Part shown: one piece after another, positions 12,199 to 28,399 of the stretch
Layout of the letters: each line of letters starts with the position of its first letter
Position numbering within the stretch: the stretch's first letter is position 1
NCBI GenBank assembly: GCA_000165425.1
Contig: CT868671.1
Coordinates: 1 to 64,000, forward strand
Length of the DNA: 64,000 nucleotides
Source: Paramecium tetraurelia
Lineage: Eukaryota
Direction: 5' to 3'
Notes under the pieces: model-generated
What the model saw: only the letters and a program-made list of their open reading frames with translations
Told to the model about the DNA's origin: nothing
The model's database searches: none
Program-made: the position numbers and the translations under genes

Positions 12199-14171
12199 TC
12201 ACATTAAGGGACGAAGGATAGGAAGATATTATAATTTAAAATTAAATTTAAATCTTGTTTTTATAAAAATAACTACTCTAAGGGTGTAAAATATTTTCAT
12301 TTAATATAGCAGGATAGTAACTTGAGCATGATCTAGTTAGTCTATTGATTTAGTTTGATAAAATGTTGTCCAAACTGCAAATTTAATAATGAATTTTTGA
12401 TGAGGTTTTGATTTAAATAAATTTCAGCTTATAAAAATAGTTCAGAATTAACTAAATTACTATTTTTTAAAATAATTTAGATTGTTGTCTTGTTTCTTCT
12501 AATCAATAGTGCACTAAATTCTTTTCTGTCTATATTAGGCTTCTGTTTTATATTTTGTAGTCCTGCTCTAATGAAAAGATACTGGTTTCGTATGGAAAGG
12601 ACTCAATCCTTGTGAATCGCTTTCAAGGATTCCACTCTATTTATATCGAGATTACTTTTGCTTAAGTTAATTTTTTGTATACTATATTTTGTATAAATCT
12701 ACAGTTTAGGTTTCTTTCTGAAGATCATTTTATGTCGGCAAAGGCTTAAGTAAAAATTTCATTTATTTATTGCCACAGCATTTTTATGGGCTAATGCTAC
12801 TACTACTACTATTTTTCGTATTTTGAGATAAGGAACTATCTAATCTTTTTATTTGAACCTTTTAGCTTCTTTCAGGATATTCTTTTGCAATTTTTAGATC
12901 TGGTAATAGATTATGCAGGAACAATTAATCTCCATTGTTATTTTCTTATCTTTCTATGCTTTTGATCATTATAGGAGAAATATTGGTAGAAGAATAGTCA
13001 CTCTACTTTGATTTCTAAATTTTTTTGTCTTATTTTAAGAAGTTTAATAAATTTGAAGTTTAATAGTAAGGGGAAGAATCCTAATTATCATCACTTACAT
13101 CAGTTTTAGTAAATTTTGATTAATTGTCAGATAAAGTATGATATTTTTATATTGATATTTTGACATTATTCTTGAGATGTATAATAATCATCAAACCTTA
13201 TATAAAAAGTATGGACTTCTATGTCAAAAGCCAAAGGTCAAACATTTCAGTGAAATTTTATGGAATCACCTACCTTTTCTCATCTATCCAAGGATGAAGC
13301 AAAGCTTAAAAAGCACTATATCTTTTAGTGGAATCAAATTCAGTCATTCTTTAGAACAAAGATATCTATTAACTATATTAAATCAATAAAAATACCGATC
13401 CATTTTTTGAAAGTTATCTATTGTATGAATTTTTTCCATATTTTTATTATTCTTAATTTTAACTATTTATAAAATATGTATGTTAACCCTTATTTAGCAA
13501 TTGATATAATATAACTCCTACACTCCACACATCTACATTCTAATTAAATAAAAATCATACTTTATTATACACTTTTTTTAATAATAACTCTGGAGCCATA
13601 TATGTTAAAGTACCACATTTCTTTTGCATTAATGCATATCGGTTATGATGAGAACTCAATCCAAAATCAGTAATTTTAACAATATTTGCTGCTTCTCCTA
13701 TAAGTATATTATCCGGTTTAAGTCTCTATGAACAAAGTGGTTATCATGAATATAAGATAGGGCACTCAAAATTCCTTAAATAATTTATTTAATTTCTTTA
13801 ATTTCAAACCATTAGTCATATTTTAACTTAGTATACATTAATTTTTATAATGATCCTCCATTTATAATTTCCATTTCTATCAAAATTTTAGTATCTGTTC
13901 TTTTAATATCGTAAAATTTGACTATATTTTAATGATTTAATTATGAAAAAATAGCAACCTCTTATTCAAGGGCTTCAAATCTTTTATAGTTGCTTTTGAG
14001 ATAATCTAAGTTACTTGTATACACAGCTACTTTTATTGCTACTAAAGCCTTTGAATTGTTATTGACTGCTTTAACAACCAATCCGAAAGCTCCTTATTCT
14101 AGTGTTTCAACATAAGTATAATAATCACTAAATCTATGTTAAAGGTCATTCTAATTTAAAATTTCTTCCAT
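12199..14171 (-). CDS. Ser/Thr protein kinase (CAMK-like) with long C-terminal tail
   Basis: MEEILNQ...LEQGAFGLVVKA, VAIK, HRDLKPDNIL, ITDFG, CGTLTYMAPE, KRYSAFQALLHPWI; several ~23-25 nt introns. The 3' end is approximate. Confidence 0.9.
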
Positions 14172-14334
14172 CTTTTTTTGAAGAAATTATTATAAATTAA
14201 ATATTTATTTAGATTTACTTCTTATATTTCATCTATTTTATTCAATTCAAGAATGAAATACATATTTTTTTTGTAAAAAGTGGTTATAATTTATATATCT
14301 ACTTGTTTACTGTTTAATAATCTCATTTATAATA

Positions 14335-15510
14335 TCAATCTTTTTTTTTAGTTCCTTATTTATCCTCAATCAGATCTTCTTAAATATCATCCTCAGTTAA
14401 GGTTCCGTATATAATTTTGTCTTCAGGTGCTATTTGATGTATTTCTTTCTCTAATTATTGTAATGAAACAGTGGCTGAACCTAAAACATATAAATTAATT
14501 TATACCTCTGGATTTTGGTTTAGATTATGATTCGTGATACTTCCAAGCAGAAAAGTAAATTTATTCAAATGTACTATTCACCTTCATATTCTCATTTTTA
14601 AATAAGGATTCATAGATAGCACTTACACTTTGGGTTGTCTCTTTAAAAGTGCCTATCCTTTTTTAAATCAATGCTTCGCCTTCTCCGATATCCTAAATAT
14701 ATTGCATCAAATGATATACAGAATCAAACTCATAAAGGCTATATTAATATTCTATAAATAGTTACTTTCTTTCGGTGCATATTGTAGGCAGGGTGAATTT
14801 TAATCTTGCTAACAAGTTTCCCATTTCTGTAATAGAAATGAAGGGAGACACATGTTATGAAACTCCTCCAAATCGTTCATTTTCAGCTAAAGAAAATGAG
14901 ATTCGCAATTCTTATAGAGTATCAGAACCAAATATTGATCCAACTAATGTACCATCTGGTTCTAAGCTTTCTAACCATTTTATTAAAACTACTTGCAAGT
15001 CATTTACCCAATGCAAATTCATATTTGATACTATTAATTGAAGATGGCCATCCAAGAAAGGCCAAAAATCCTCATCACAACAAATTGGAACCACTATTGT
15101 TTTATTGCCTTAAGAATTCATTTCAGAGACTTTCTAGATTTAAAATTTTCCTCTTAATTGTTCATCATTGTTAAGTTATTATAAGCTCTATTCCAAAAAA
15201 TCTAAGTCAATATCACATAAATATATGGTTTTAGGCTATAAATCTAGTATTATTAAAATTATAGACTGTTCGGTAAATTTTGTAAGAATTATGCAGCTCC
15301 TTATCCAAAGTAGGCGATATTGCCATCATATTATTTTCGAATAGAAGATAAATTGTCAGCCAATGTGAAGGTCGATTGTTTTAAAAATATATTTTCAATA
15401 TTTGATCTTAAAGCATATTATCTATTCATGATATGTTTATCTCTATCAAATATTTGTTTTGTTTTTATAGTATTTTATTTGCTAAAATAACTTGAAATTT
15501 TGAATAGCAT
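14335..15510 (-). CDS. NDUFAF5: NADH dehydrogenase complex I assembly factor 5 (SAM-methyltransferase-fold arginine hydroxylase)
   Basis: N-terminal IFDR, LIVSNMNLHWVNDL, LEPDGTLVGSIFGSDTLQELRISFSLAENERFGGVSQHVSPF, MQYIQDIGEG and RGSATVSL near the C-terminus. Confidence 0.9.
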
Positions 15511-15752
15511 CAATTATTAAAAATTAAAATAAGTATTTATTTTATAATTATTTGTTTAGATCAAATACCTGTACTTCCATTCTGATTTAATTGGATATAT
15601 TCTACTATTATAATAAAATATGTAAATTTCAAAATAGACCATGAAATTAGAAGAATAAATAATACATTCATTTAGATATTAAATACGTTATTTTAGTCAA
15701 CAATATTGTATTTTTGTAGTAATAGATTCATTGAACTGCTTTCAAATATTTT

Positions 15753-16385
15753 TCATTTCTCAAATTCTTCTATAATTTCTGCCACTAAACTGACTAATGT
15801 TGTTTATTTAATTTGATAAGCTTTGACTAAAATTCTAATTAAAATTGCAAAATCATTTTCATCAAATATCCGATTTTCAATGGCCAACTATTTGATCCAC
15901 CTTTTAAGTGGATATTGAGGGCCATGTAAACTATTAATAAAATTAATCCAAATAATTTAGGTTTTGGTGTTTTAAGGTATAAAATTTTCAACATCTATTT
16001 TAGGAGGAGGCATTATCTTCCCATTTTAGAGTTTATCTTATGTTGATTTTGATTTGATCATAGTTAATTTATTAAACATAGAATTTGAATTTAGACTTTA
16101 AGGAGAGGGCAATCTTCTGAAAAAATACGAAGGCTCTTTATTACTTCTATCTGTTAAGCATTCCTTGATGTTTTATAATTTTTTTCTGTGTATTGCCATA
16201 TTGAAATCATTTATTCTTGTAGAAATTGGAAGTTTTGAATTTTCATTCTTCTTTAGAAATGAAGTTTTAATCTCTGTATTCAAATGCCTTTCTTTAATCT
16301 ATTAAAGGCATAATCTATGACCCCATAATTAGGATAATATTAATTATCGCCCTCCCATATTCCGAGTGTCGGGAGTGAATTGCAT
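15753..16385 (-). CDS. Hypothetical protein
   Basis: ATG 16385 (MQFTPDTRNMGGR...) to TGA 15753-15755 in code 6; no recognisable domain. Confidence 0.55.
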
Positions 16386-16442
16386 ACGTTAATAAAATAT
16401 TATAAATTAATATTACAATATTAATAAATTTTGTTCGATTCT

Positions 16443-17625
16443 TCAAATTACTCTAGATCCATTATTCCATTCTTACTCTTCGTCCTAACCACCTTTCTAT
16501 TTTCTAATTCCTTTCCCGTGTTATTTATCATTTTACCATTCTCCAAAATAACTTGTTCCATCACTATAAAAGAATGTCCCATCCCCATTTCTAAGATCAT
16601 TTTGAAATTAACCTAAAAGATTCAATATTGTATTACCTTTGTAATATCTTCCATCAGGGTAAAATAATTCCCCTTGGCCATTCATCATACTATTCTTCCA
16701 ATTACCATTATATCTCCTCTTATCAGCCCAAGTAAAGGTTCCATATCCTAAAATTAAGGAAAATAGATTATACCTTCCATTTGATCATTTACTATACTAC
16801 CTTCATATATCGACCCATCTGTCCATTGAAATCGACCTGTTCCATATTTAACTCCATTATCATAGCTTCCTTCATACTTTGTTCCATCAGGCCATGTTTC
16901 TTTGCCAAAACCATTTTGTTTATTGTTTTTGAACTCACCTTCGTATTTTGTGCCATCAGCGTATTTATAGATTCCATTACCTTCCATATTGCCATTCTGA
17001 AACTCACCCTACTATGTTCTAGAGATTATTATATACATAAAAATCTCCAGATGCCATAACTAATCTCCCATGAAGATGTTAATAGTCTTAGAAAAAGTAA
17101 CCTTCGTATATAGAACCATCTGAATAAATCAATTTTCCTCTGCCTTCCCTCACACCATTCATCCATTATCCTTCATAAATCGAACCATCTTCTAAAAGCT
17201 GATATCAACTTAAATTTTACGTAAGGAGTTAAAGATCTAGATTTTTAGAATTTTTCATCGTATCTAGTATTGTAATTGTATTCTCCATATGCAAGTAATT
17301 TCTCTTTCACAAAATTGTTGCAGGACTCTACAGTTCCATTATAAGGTTTTATATTTTCATTTTTTGGTTTTGTATTTTCCATTTACTCTTTTTCTTGCTC
17401 AGCCTAGATATTTGAATTGTAACTTACCTCCTTTCTTGCTTTCATTCCTCTAAATCCTGATTAAATTTTAATCACATTTTATTCATCATATGATGATAAT
17501 GGCATTGCCTCGGCTTAAACTTCTTCAGGCTTAACCTTTTCTTGAAGTTAACCTTCTTCAAAGCACATACTTCCTCGTTAATCGATTTCTGTTGAGACTG
17601 GATGTTGTGAAATGCAAGGACCCAT
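16443..17625 (-). CDS. MORN repeat protein with IQ motif and N-terminal MG-x-C acylation motif
   Basis: Starts MGPCISQHP; IQ-like VIKIQSGFRGMKARK; repeated YEGEFKNNKQNGFGKETWPDGTKYEG units. Confidence 0.9.
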
Positions 17626-18436
17626 TAATATTAGTAAATTATAAATTCAATGAAAAGAACCAAATATTTCACCTGTTAGAATTAACTTACTTCGAAAAAA
17701 CAATATGAACCGGATGGGATTTAATTAATTGATTCATACATCTAATAAAATAATTTGAAAATTAAATGATTAGTTATTTATTAATCCCTGTTCAAGCAAA
17801 AACGCTTACTAGGGCAAACGAGATTTATTAAATAATTTATTAAAAGAAATAATTTTTCATTTTAATTTATCATAATAATCTCAGTGCATTTGTTAGCTTC
17901 AAAATAATAGAGTCCTCCCCATTAGTAATTAAATAATTAATGTATGAGCAAAATGGGTTCATATCTCAAAATCTCAATCAAAGAATAGGATCAAAATTTA
18001 GGACTTGAAACATTAACTATAAGTTCTTTATTCATCATTTATCATTAACATCCAATAAATCAAATTTTTCAATCTAAATTATGATAATTTGATACTTTAA
18101 TTGAATCGACTAATTCCTATGTCCTTTTGCCTTCTTACTTCTATAATTAAAAGTTCATACGCATATCTAAATTTGATTAGAGATTATTTTAATATAGATC
18201 ATTACTATAGAGGGGGCTTCTATTGAGATTTTTCATGTTGAATTGCAAATATCTTTTGATTTGATTATTGAATTATTTAGCCTCTCTAATTTTACCTTAA
18301 CTCCAAATTAGTAACAATATTTAAATTGTAAATCAGATAGGGCTTTGTAAGAAAGATATCTACTGATTTTGTGAGGTAATTGGTTGCAAATGATGAATTA
18401 ATTTGACATATAAATCGATATATGATATATATAGAA

Positions 18437-21400
18437 TCATTTTAATTTTGCTAATCGTTATTCGACAATCCTATCAAGTCTCAGTTATTATTTGAGTAAT
18501 TCAATATCTTTTTTATAATTAGTTTGATATGTTGTTGAATCATCTTAATGTCGTTATTCTATAGTAATTTTATCATCATTAATGGAAATTTAATGTCTAG
18601 AGATAAGATTAATAAGCTACTATTCTGAATTCTCGTCGTCATTTTCTTCTTCTTGGTTATGATCAATCTATGATTTTTGGCTTTCACTTCTTAAATCTAA
18701 CTCAACCTATTGAACATTTTCGGTGAATATCACTCCATCAGGATTCCTTCTAATCCATGGCGCTTCCGGCTTGTTGTCCACGTCTGTAGACTATACTATT
18801 GTAATCGAATAATTAGAATTACTTGAACTCCTTCAATTAATTTATTATCAAACTCTGGATTCATAGAGGGAGGAGTTATTCTAGGTAAACAGAACGATAG
18901 TCTGGTTTCTAAATTTCCAATTTTAAAAGTTGGGAAAATGCAGCATAATCTATTAGAGTAGGGAAAAATGGTTGCACTTTTATGTTAATTTGAGTCTAGT
19001 GCTGCAAGAAAATCTCGAATTGTAGTTTCAAATGATTCCTAAAGCTAATCAGCTAATTAATTTAATAATTCTTTTCCTTTTCTCTTTTATTTATTCTTAA
19101 AAAATATATATATAATTTACTAAAATTGTAGCAATAGCAACATTGTAATAGTATTCGTACATATTATATGTTCTATCCTCAAATTCCAACTCATCTAATT
19201 CACTGATTAATCTCTCCTGTTGTTCTTGCTATGAAATTAATGAATTATTAGACTATTAACTAAACTCTTTTATTTATTATTTCAATCCATACGATTTCGT
19301 CCATAACTCCATAGCTTTTTTATAGTTTCCTAAGTAGAATTTCATTATTCCTCTATAAAATATTAGATCTGATGTTAAAAACACATGACCATCTGATCCT
19401 AAAACAATCAATTTTTTAAGCATCTAAGATGCTAATCTGTAATTGACTGATTTATTTGATCCTTGAGATAACTTAAGAATCATCATAGATTGGGATTCAT
19501 CTGGACCTACTGTTGATGTTTTCAAGGCTAATAAGCATTCTTTATCAATGTAGCTTTTCTTATCTCCAGTCAATTCTATTATCCTATTTAGATCTGACAT
19601 TGCATAATTTAATTCTTTTTAAATGATGTAACACAGTGCTCTGTATCTTAATAATTAAACATTATTGTGAATATCTGGAGAGTGGGAATAAGTTTTGATT
19701 GCGTGTTCATAAGCTCCAATTAAAAATAATAAATTTCCTGCCCATAAATGAATATCAGGATCTTTGGGTTTAAGTGAAATATAAGTTTGCAAATCATTAA
19801 ATGCAGCAGTTCTATCCCCTAACAATGTAAATACTTTGGCTCTATTTAAATATGCTTCAGCAAATTTTGAGTCCCAATTGATGACAATAGTGAAATCATT
19901 TAATGCTTATTGAGGATTGTCCAAACAGGCCCTTACTAATCCTCTTGCATAAACATACTTAGCTACTCGATCTTCATTTTTCTCCACTGCTTTTGTTAAA
20001 TCAGATAATGCCAAATCTATTTATCCAAAATAAAATCTTAAAATTCCTCTATGATAAAGAAGGTTAGAATTCTAATCATTTAAAGTTACTGCTTTATCTA
20101 AATGCTTTAAAGCGTTTTTAATATACTTATCCTTGTCCTTTGGCATATGTTTGTTAATAAATTATATCAGAGTCAAGGACTTATAAAAATGAGGCTCCAT
20201 TTTACCAGGAAACAACTTGGATGCTTTCTGAAATTGTGATTATGCTTTTTCAAATTGGCTGGATTAGGACATTACAATTCCTTCACATATGATCTTATTA
20301 TATAATGATGGTTAATCTAATTCTTAAAAGTTTTAAACATAAATCAAGTCATTTAATGCTTTTTAGAATTTATTTAAACAAATAAAACCTAAAATATTCA
20401 ATAACATTACCATAGGCTCTATAAAGAAAGATAATCTTCTTGATGAACTCTCCCAATTAATAATTATTAATTAATTATGTGAATACATTTACACCTTCTT
20501 AATATTTTCTTTTCATTAAGAATATCACTCCTTCTGTGAATTATCTTAATTTCATAATTGATTCTTTATCAACCTCTAAATGATCCTCTCTTTATAATGT
20601 ATAATATGCAGAATAGAAATCCTTTTAATCAATTTTAATTTTGGCTATTTCTTACAACGATTTTGTTACTGCTTTCCTACTATTATTTTATTTAATTGAT
20701 TATTCAAAGCTCAAAATAGCTTCATTTAATTATCCTTTATTTATAAAAATTTAGCCTTTCATGAAGAGTGCTTCTGAACTATTGGGGTCATTCATTAAAA
20801 TTAAATTGATAGCTTCCATGGCCCTATCTAAAGACTATAACTCAATATAGCAATATATTTTTCTCATTAAAATTATTTCATTTTCTGGAATAGTTTCATA
20901 AACATTCAATGCTTCAGCTATTTTACCACTCAATCTTAAGCAATCTGCTCTACCTAACGTACCTTAAAATGATATTTAATCATTCTCTAGGACACTTGCC
21001 TGATTGAAATCCTGTAAAGCTAACTAATATTTTTTTATTTTCATTAATAATTTTCCTTTATGAATTAATGCATCATAATAAGTTGGTTATAATTTTGAAT
21101 ATTTTTTAGATAAAAATTCTTTTAATACAACTATTGCATCACTGTAGTTCCCAATTTTTTTTAAACACAATGCTTATAAAATTACTGTATTTCCATTTAA
21201 ATCCCCTGATTGTCTTGCTCTCGAAAACTAATTAACTGCTTAATCATATTGGCGACAATTCATATGAATTAAACCCTTAAAGTAAGCAATTTCTTTTATG
21301 TATTCTGGATTTATTTGAGGTTAATCAATCTCCTCCAAATCTTTTAAGGCCTCTGAAAATTTTTATGCCTTTATCAGCTTTTCACAATTTAATATTCTTT

Positions 21401-21787
21401 TCGCGGGAGATTATGAGAAATATTGATGAACATGGTGTTCGCTTGTAGTGCTATTAGGGTGTAATTTGCTAAATTTAAAATTTAATTGTTATACTTCTGT
21501 AAAGATGATTTTCGGGTAGATAACTAAATCGTCTTCAGGTTTTTTGTATTAAAAGAACTGTTTAATGAGGCTTTATGATTAGTCATTGACTTATTTTTCT
21601 TATTATTAACTATACTCCCTGATTTTCTTTTTGAATCGTCATTTCTAGATTGAACATTCCGATGATCAACATCTTCAGTTTTCAAATAACGATTTTGGCT
21701 TCTTCTTATAGTTTATTACTGTCTGCCTTCCCACATTGAAGGGGTGAAACATTTCCTTCTTGGAGATAAACTACTTCTAACAAGCAT
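18437..21787 (-). CDS. Large TPR-repeat protein
   Basis: Many TPR-like helix pairs (AYFKGLIHMNCRQYDQAVNQFSRA, YARGLVRACLDNPQQALNDFTIVI, AYLNRAKVFTLLGDRTAAFNDLQ); ATG 21787 and TGA 18437-18439. Confidence 0.85.
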
Positions 21788-22871
21788 AATTTTTGTTAGT
21801 TATTTAACTTTTAATATATATAAAATTTGAAATCTAATTTACATTTCCATTATAATTAGTTAGTTTATATTCAAAGATTTAAAAATTCAAATGGCACTTC
21901 ATCTACCAAGAGAACAGAATTTCACAATTATTGAAATAAAAATCATTTAACAAAGTTACCTTCAAAGTTATCTAGGCAATAGCTTTCTATTGTAAGTAAT
22001 TAAATGACATTTTACTATAAAATTTATCATTTATTTATGAAGATTTTGCAATTTGTAAATAAGGAACACCTTTTTTTCAAGCTTTTTATGAGAAATATTA
22101 GGAATTTATTGTTTAAAATAATTTTAACAATTGGATTTTGTAAACCCTTCAATCAGTATGATTAATTTTGTATTAATAATCGATATTTGTTTATAAACTA
22201 CAATTGTCATTATAAATCTCTACAAGTACACTATTAAACAATAAAAAGTTCTTTAGAAATCGACTTTATTTTCTTTGAACCCAATTAATAATTATATTAG
22301 ATATTCTAATTATTGATTATATAATATTATCAGTCCATTTTATTATTTTATCAATATATAATTATAATATTAGAGTGCTCTCCAAGAAGTGGTGTTCTCA
22401 TTTAAATCTCTTATAGTCATTTATTTATTTTAATGTCATTGAATTCCTATTAAAAATCTTCTCAGTGATTCGTATGATATTGTGTTAACTAAATCTATGA
22501 TGGTCAAGAAAATTCTAGTACGTAGCATGATGTAATCAGGTGACTTGTAGATCGCTTATAAATTTTCATTTATTGCAGGCATCTATAGTATTCCATATTT
22601 GCTTCTATTTTTATAAAAAGTAAAATTATGAAAATGTTATGAATTTCGTAATATAATTTGTTTGGCAAATCAAACTTTGAGTTGATTTGCAGAGAACATT
22701 GAGCTAGTAAACCTTTACTTGATAATATAGAAAAAAGATATTTCTAAATTTTTAATTAATTAGCATCATAAAATTACATAATCAAAATGACATCATCAAT
22801 TCTTATTTTAATGTCATCATCGAGGAGTTTAAAGCGGAGCGAATAAAAATTGAAAGATTTAATTTATTATT

Positions 22872-23801
<930 letters not shown>

Positions 23802-23849
23802 GATAATATTTACATAAATTTAAATAATAATAATCATAAAGTAGACATA

Positions 23850-26800
23850 AATCTTTATAAAGCTTGTTTCTATAATCCAATATTTACAATAAAACTAAAA
23901 TGAGGACATTATTATTCTATCTCAGTAAAATAAATCTTTGTTTCTCTTAACTGGATCTTGCCCTTTATTTATTAATAGTAGATATGAACTTTTTGATGTC
24001 CTAAAAAAGTTGTAAAATAATTAATGTGCTATTTTTATAAGCCATAAATGTCAATCCGTCAGTATTTTCTTACACTTATTTTGTTTCTTCTAAAATATGG
24101 GATTGTTGTTAATATATTTTTATTGATAGCAAGACCCAAAAAGTTTTATGATTTTATCTTAAACCCAATATATTCACATATTTATTTCAAATCACTTAAG
24201 GATAATTTTGCATTCATGTAATTAGTCTAATATTTAAAATAACCATCTGCAATGAATAAGTTTAGAATTTCCCTTAAATTTATTTGTTTTTAGCAATAAA
24301 ATATTGGCGATTCACTTTAATAGCCCAAAACTCTGATTGAAAGATTAAACATGGATGAATTAGCATAATTAATAGATTCAAAAGCAACAAACGGATTATC
24401 TTTTCCAATATCTAAACTCATGTAATCTAAAAAGAATTAAATTGTATATAGTCCAATCTTATCAATTTTAAGCTGCATTTTATGGATAAATTCTTTGAGA
24501 TTAGCTTTAAACGCAAAATCAAGACAAATTTAAGAACTATCTTAAAATTATGATTTTATGGTTATAACCTATTTGTCCTTTATCAGTGTTTAATAATTAC
24601 TTGATAAATTCTTAAAATGATTTAAAAGTTCTTGGTTTTCCATCGATTCGTTCTTTTTCTTTTAAATATAATTTTTTCCAATCTATTTAAAAGAGTTCAC
24701 ATTAGCATTAGTATCTTGCTCCAATTATTCTATCAAGGTTTTCTCTAAATAATTTTTATTTTGTGCTTCACTTTCAATTCTAATATTGAATGGATCTTTT
24801 AAACTTAATCTCAATAATTTTATAAGTTAAGTCCAAACATTAGCTCAACTCTCATTTTATCACACTTGTTATTAGTCTTACTTTTATTTTAAAATAATTG
24901 CTTATTAATCAATCTTCTTTTTAAACTATTATTAAGTTCTCTAGTAAACTCAAAAAATTTATGTAGATTAATAAAAGTTTATTATTTATTCATAATTAAT
25001 TTATTAGTTGTAAATTTTCTAAGGTAAACAGATTTCCTTTGCATTTTAGTTTATTCAAATAAAATTGAAAACATTTCTTAAGTTTCCAAACTAGCTAAAT
25101 CTACAAAATTAATAGTTCCAAGTAGATACCTACTTGTTTTAGGAACATATATTTGAATAATCCAAACATCTATAATAAATGACTATAAATAGTAACAACA
25201 CCATATTCTACTGGCCCACTCTTGAAATTACATAATTAAGAATTCTTCACACCAACACGAAACTTTTTAATAAAATGTCCAATCACCCTAGCATCTTTTA
25301 AATATGTTTCACAATAATTCTTAGACTTACTCCTTCAAATCATAAAATAATTTCACAAACTAACAATTACTATGTCTTTCCAATAAATTCAAGTTGTTAA
25401 TTTGAATGATATATCCTTTTGGGGACTACTGATAGAGATACTTCTTAGATACACAATAAAGTTTATCTAGTTTTTTTTGATAAAAAGTAACTATATCTAA
25501 ATTTTCTTTCTGTATAAGTATTGTTCAAAATAATCACAGTCATTTTCTAAATAAATTTATCATCGAAGTAGTAAATTGATTAATGTTATTCAATGTTAAT
25601 TTTGAATAATTCGAGAAAATATCATTTTAAATGAAGAAGTTTTAGATGATAACAATTCTAATTATAAATTTACATACAGCATTTCACCATCAAAATAATA
25701 TATTCGTTCATTTCCTTTCTAATCAAAAATAAAATTATCTAATTTTTTATTAAAACTGTAATATATAGATGTATGGCAATAAATTATTAGTTTCTGTTAA
25801 TGAAGAATCTGTAATGATTTGAATTAAAATGATTTGTCATATCTTTGTGTTTACTCAATATCATAGTTTTTAACGTGAGATGGCATATAATTAAATGCTT
25901 TTTTCTTCCTTTTACATTAATTTTAAAGACATTTTCTTTAGTTTTCAATTGATTATCATTTTTCAAAATAATTTTATTTTAAATTAAGTTAAGTTCAAAG
26001 TAAGTAAACAAAAATAGACTTAATGATTCAAATCTAATATTCTATAATTGTTGTGGATCTTTCTCAAGATATTCTAATAATTAATGGTATAATGAAATCT
26101 ATAAAGAATAAGGCTCAGTAAGTAAATTGCTTTTAATATTATCAACAACCTTTTCCTTATTAAATAAATATGAAGAAACTTTTAATTCAAAATATTATCT
26201 TTGTATTCGCTATCCAAATACTTGAGGAATATTGAGTGAGTTGCCTTTTTTCCTCTCTGGACTAAGTATATCATTTAAATGGTATTTTAAATCTTTAGAT
26301 ATTCCTATTTCCAATGTTAGTAAAACAAATTTTTAAAAGCATTTCTTAAAAATCAGATTTATACATTTTAGATAATCTAATAACAGTTGAAAATATCTTT
26401 TAAGAAATTCCTTTAAGATTCACTGATGGTCCTCCATCTATCATAAATTATCTAGAAGTACAAATAAACCTAAACAATAGAATACTATTTTTATTTTTCT
26501 ATTTATTTACTAAGTAATCCTGCAATTCCTTATCTGTAATATTATCAATAATATTTGACTATTTGTTATGAAAATGCATTTTTTCAATTCTTTAATATGA
26601 TATTCATACGAGATTATCTTATTTATCAAATTCATGTTTATGTAATTGAATGTTGTCTAATTAATATTCGGTAGAATTTCATATGCATAGCCACAAATCT
26701 TTTTTATCTTACTTATCTAGGGTTAATGAAATTAACAAAGATAACTTTAAACATAAGAACAAATATTGATATCTTCAGCATTAATTTTAACCTTTGCTCT

Positions 26801-28350
26801 TTAGGTTAGTCCTGATATAAATGAATACTTATCTTTTTTATATTGTTCGAAATTAAAAATTTATGAATTATATTTAAATTCGTCCAACTCTCTCAATGCC
26901 TCAACAACTGTAGGCCAGATCTTGGCCCCATTTTTTTCTCTGCCTTTTGAGACAACCGGAAGATCAAAACTAAAAAAATTATACGAATTCCCTTCTTATG
27001 AGACATACAAAACAATAAAATTTTTATCTGCTGTTAAATCTTTATATTTTATTTTCCAAATTTAAATTTTATTTTGAAAAAGAATTTTTTATTTTAAAGT
27101 TGGATAGTATAAACGCTATTATTTAACATATTATAAAGTTCCATATTTATCTTAGAGATATGTGATATCTTCTGTATTATAATTTATAAGAGCTAACCTT
27201 TTAGCCAAGCATATAGCCTTAAAAAAACCAAATCCTTTCCCCTTAATTTCATCTTTCATAGAGTCTTTTTTCTCCTCAAAATCTTTTCAAGGTGTTGGTT
27301 AACTTTGAGCATTTGCTTACTTTTCAGTATGATTACCAATCACATCAGGAGCTGTTATAAATCGATTGAAATTTAAGAAGGTTGTAATAGACTGTGGCTT
27401 TGATTATACAGGACCAAGAATAGTTTATTATTTCTCTTATTACCACTTTTTTCTAAGTACTCCCATTCGTATTAAGGATTGAATTTTATCGATATTAATT
27501 CTAACTTTTTCACTAAAATTAGCTTTAAGTTAAATAAACTAGGAATTTAACCCTAATCTTGGTTTAATAGCAAATGAGTTTTATTTTGTTAATTTAGATC
27601 TTCTTTTTGTTTTAGGTCTTTCATTTATAGTTATCTATCACTTTAAATTGAATATTGTGGATCATCAACATAAGTTAATATTTTTAGAAAGTGTTTTGTA
27701 ATTAATTTAGGTAACTTCTAACCTCGTGGTGATTCCAAATGAAAATATCTTAAATTAAAGAGAACAACTAAACTCATAATGCTAATTTTTGGTTTTGGAG
27801 TCATTAAAGCTTAGGTCAAAAATTTTGTTGGTTCTTTGGATGTTAATTTGCTATCTAATAATTCTTAGATAATTTCTTATTTCCTAAGAGGAGAAAACTC
27901 CTCTTGCCTACTTTGTCTCTTTGTAAGTGGAACAGATGTGATAATATTCTTATAAATCTATCTTCCCAACTGAGGCTTTTAATGTAATGGCTTACGCTAT
28001 TAGAAAGATTTAATCTTATAATTATCAATTTCCTACCACATCTCTTTACTAAATATGGATTCAGGTTAAAATTAACTAGGGGGTCTGCTTAAGGAAGCTT
28101 GCCTGCTGTGAAATGTTGATTAGCTGCCCTCTCAGATTACTTAGTTAAATCTAATTAAATTTGTTAGATTTATTAGGCATTCTATAAACTGGGTATAGAT
28201 TCATAATGGGTGTCCCTTTTGAATGTTGAAGATTATTTCAGATTTTCTTCTGAAGATAAAAACTAATCAATGATCTTGTTATCTTATGACTAGGCTTTGG
28301 ATCGAATCTAAAAATTTTCTTTTAAATAATGCCTTCCCGAATTTGTCATA
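23850..28350 (-). CDS. Large uncharacterised protein(s); possibly one multi-intron gene
   Basis: Long code-6 open stretches on the minus strand (e.g. ~24060-24420, ~26000-26160, ~27330-28120) with short-intron-like breaks. No domain recognised and boundaries are uncertain. Confidence 0.4.
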
Positions 28351-28399
28351 ATATTTATCCAGCATCTCTAAAACTTAATCGTACTTCTTAGCTAATTAT

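Noticed and set aside
17760..18410. Possible small gene between the MORN and TPR genes
   Set aside because: Every frame I tried on both strands hits TGA early with no convincing introns; it may be a decayed gene.
21890..22860. Gene-like fragments upstream of the cathepsin
   Set aside because: No sustained frame or recognisable motif.
25080..25140. GTINFVDLASLE resembling kinesin switch II (LVDLAGSE)
   Set aside because: No P-loop or SSRSH motif was found nearby, and the segment may be partly intronic.
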